Of a DNA stretch of 20,000 nt, positions 17,663-20,000 are shown one piece after another. Origin of the DNA: Tortispora ganteri (lineage: Eukaryota); the NCBI GenBank assembly GCA_003707115.1, contig PPNB01000003.1, positions 603,692 to 623,691 of the forward strand, given 5' to 3'. Within the stretch, counting starts at the first letter, position 1. Each line of letters starts with the position of its first letter. Made by a program: the position numbers and the translations under genes. The notes under the pieces were generated by a model. It was not told where the DNA came from. It did not search any database and was given only the letters and a program-made list of their open reading frames with translations.

Positions 17663-19204
17663 ATGGCTAAATGCAAAATCTATCACTCTCATGAACAAGA
17701 TAAAGATCTTTCCGTGTTAGTAGATCATTTTTATAGCCATGAAAACAAACAATTATTATGCAGTGAACCTCATATTATGTCGCCAAGTACGTCATACACG
17801 TCGAATGCGACAACTTCTCAAGGATCATCGTACAGTTTTCCAGAAAGCGCCCGTACACAGCTCATCGAGCAGCTGGAAGCGACCAATTTATCAACACAGT
17901 CTCTGAATAGCATAATCGGATTCACTTTGAGCACAAGGCAAAATGAAGATGAGCAACTTAAATACGATTTGCTCAAAACTGCAGTTCACAGTAATAACTC
18001 AAAGTTGGAAATGGTCCAGGATGAATGGAAGAGCTATTTTGAGTCATTCAACGATGAATTGAATAACACTTTTGGCACAGGAGTGACAGATTACTCCTCC
18101 ATATTAGTAAACCCCGGGTTTTCACAGCCGATTGTTCAGATTCCTGAACAGGTACCGGTATTCAATGAGAACGTTTGGACTTCACACTCAAAGCCAGCCT
18201 CTCCGTCCGTTAGTCCTCGCACAATTGAACAAAAAAACAACCAAAAGAAAAGTACATTAACATCTTCATCAAGAAAGAATATGAAAGTTTCTAAGAAAAA
18301 ACCAGTTCCTAACCGAATATTCAGAAAAAGATCAAATTCAACTCCTGCAGTTATGATGCAATCAAAAGGAATAGAGCCAAATATAAGAGTCGCAAAACCT
18401 ACACACAGCCGGATCGCAAGAATACAGAGGAGGAATGCATACAATCCGATGATTATTGAACATGAAAAAATGCGCAGTGTAGACAAGGTATACGCACATG
18501 AAGCGAGGAGCGCATATGAAGCAAGACTTGCATTAGAAGAGGATCGTCTTTATGAACAGTCCCGTATCTATGAAGAGAAAAGAGCATTAGAGATGGAATT
18601 GAAAATGTCATATGACAGAAGGAATGTCCAAGAAATGACAATGAGACAAACATATAATGACATTCGCGCTCAAAATGACATTCATATAAAAGAAGAGATG
18701 TTGATAAGACAACAGCAACAGCAGCAACAACATCATCAGCAGCAACTCCAACTCCAACTCCAACGTCAACGTCAAATTCATCAACATCAGCAGCAACAAC
18801 GATTTCGGTCACAACATCGACAGCCGCATGATCCTGTATCAATAGCACCCCATAATAGTCAGCAATGGCTAATTAGAGACATTCCAGCAGAACAATGTGG
18901 AAGAATGAATGACGGTATTTCTGATGCATTTCAACCCGCAACCAAATTGGTACAGAGGTCTGATAATCTCGCAAATGCTAAATTTAGAGAGAACTGCAAT
19001 AAGCTACCTATATCTTCACAAGGAAATACACATTTTCCAGTACAGCAAGTGAGGCAGACAGAATGGATTGAGGATTCATACGATGGGACATTATTCGCAG
19101 GTCTTTTACTTGAAGAATGCCAGAAACATCAGGTAGGTATGAGAAAGAGCCAGGAGCATTCAGAAGGTGACCAAATCGCTGCTCAAATATCAATTGCCGA
19201 GTGA
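17663..19204 (+). CDS. Uncharacterised 513-aa protein: low complexity, basic NLS-like region, coiled coil, polyQ
   Basis: Long ORF; first ATG at 17663 in GCCATGG context; TATA-like TATATAA about 210 bp upstream; no family recognised. Confidence 0.75.
   Translation: MAKCKIYHSHEQDKDLSVLVDHFYSHENKQLLCSEPHIMSPSTSYTSNATTSQGSSYSFPESARTQLIEQLEATNLSTQSLNSIIGFTLSTRQNEDEQLKYDLLKTAVHSNNSKLEMVQDEWKSYFESFNDELNNTFGTGVTDYSSILVNPGFSQPIVQIPEQVPVFNENVWTSHSKPASPSVSPRTIEQKNNQKKSTLTSSSRKNMKVSKKKPVPNRIFRKRSNSTPAVMMQSKGIEPNIRVAKPTHSRIARIQRRNAYNPMIIEHEKMRSVDKVYAHEARSAYEARLALEEDRLYEQSRIYEEKRALEMELKMSYDRRNVQEMTMRQTYNDIRAQNDIHIKEEMLIRQQQQQQQHHQQQLQLQLQRQRQIHQHQQQQRFRSQHRQPHDPVSIAPHNSQQWLIRDIPAEQCGRMNDGISDAFQPATKLVQRSDNLANAKFRENCNKLPISSQGNTHFPVQQVRQTEWIEDSYDGTLFAGLLLEECQKHQVGMRKSQEHSEGDQIAAQISIAE
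18710..18799 (+). repeat. CAG/CAA trinucleotide and CAACTC/CAACGT hexanucleotide repeats encoding polyQ, QL and QR
   Basis: caacagcaacagcagcaacaacatcatcagcagcaactccaactccaactccaacgtcaacgt... Confidence 0.85.
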
Positions 19205-20000
19205 GTTTTTTGCTGCGAAAGAATAATATCAGATGATTGTATGAGGCGTAGTTCAGCTCTAGACATCCGGGCAACTTTAGCATCAATAGGATCAGGGATA
19301 GGATCTTTTGGCAGAGGAGGCATCATACTCAGTGTTCGATCCAGAATTGCTTTTAGCGTGCTGATGGCCAACTCACATACTTCTTTCAAAGAACCGGAGT
19401 TGCTGTTTGGATCATGACACATGTTGTAGAATCCGTCAGTAAGTAAAGCAGCTAGCAAGTCGCCAGTACCAGAAAAGTAAGTATCATAAAAGCTTAAAGG
19501 TATAATAAAGGATTTACCATTACTTGACATTGCAGCTAAAAAAAAGTAAATGTCATTATCGGGGACATTAGGCCGAATGTCGATGGAAGTTATCACGATA
19601 TTAGGCGTACCATAAGCTTTACGTATACCATGCAGGACTTTAAGAGCCGAACCAACATCTGTAATGCTAATTGTGCGATCCAAAAGTACTTCAGCCTCCA
19701 GCTGATTCGGCACGATCAGAGATGCGTGGCTAATAAGCTGCTTATAGACAGGAATTGTTGATTCGGCGACGTACAGATTACCGTTATCGCCCATGACTGG
19801 GTCGACTACTAAGCAGATTTCTGGTTTGAGTTGTTTGAGGGATTGGACAAGTTCTAGAACTACAACAAGAGCTTCGCTTCCTGGCATATAACCAGTCAAT
19901 ATAGCCTCATAGGAGTTTAGATGACTTGTTTGTAGGGCTTCAAGGATACTACGGATCAGATCTGGCGATGCCTTTTCACCTGCGAACCTTCCGTAACCGG
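19183..20000 (-). CDS. BUD16: Pyridoxal kinase (Bud16-like), 3' part; start lies beyond the right edge
   Basis: Frame open to the window end (GYGRFAG...YEAILTGYMPG); VDPVMGDNGNLYV, PNQLEAE, FSGTGDL, C-terminal ELRLIQS. BUD16 versus BUD17 is not certain. Confidence 0.8.
   Translation of the reverse strand, partial: GYGRFAGEKASPDLIRSILEALQTSHLNSYEAILTGYMPGSEALVVVLELVQSLKQLKPEICLVVDPVMGDNGNLYVAESTIPVYKQLISHASLIVPNQLEAEVLLDRTISITDVGSALKVLHGIRKAYGTPNIVITSIDIRPNVPDNDIYFFLAAMSSNGKSFIIPLSFYDTYFSGTGDLLAALLTDGFYNMCHDPNSNSGSLKEVCELAISTLKAILDRTLSMMPPLPKDPIPDPIDAKVARMSRAELRLIQSSDIILSQQKTHSAIDI

Noticed and set aside
18136..19286. Minus-strand ORFs at 18136, 18453, 18608 and 19008
   Set aside because: Antisense or off-frame products of the polyQ and low-complexity CDS.

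Overview
Gene-dense window from a compact, intron-poor budding-yeast (Saccharomycotina-like) nuclear genome. It uses the standard code: CTG sits at conserved Leu positions of Pdb1. Protein genes, left to right: SEN1 (5' part, runs off the left edge, absent from the ORF track), an ABC1/UbiB kinase (MCP2/CQD2-like), a YCII-domain protein, ICE2, PDB1, MZM1, ECM2/SLT11, an orphan F-box/LRR protein, CUZ1, BEM1 (with an unlisted 9-nt first exon and a 116-nt intron), an orphan Q-rich protein and a pyridoxal kinase (BUD16-like, runs off the right edge). The main signal the ORF track misses is a tandem non-coding RNA locus at about 6258-6766: a complete RNase MRP RNA (NME1) followed about 90 nt later by an snR66-like box C/D snoRNA. 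A structured spacer separates them, suggesting a dicistronic rRNA-processing precursor. The ~2-kb ICE2-PDB1 gap is unexplained and holds a protein-like but stop-interrupted frame plus a G-rich tract. All calls are from recognition by eye; no database searches were run.
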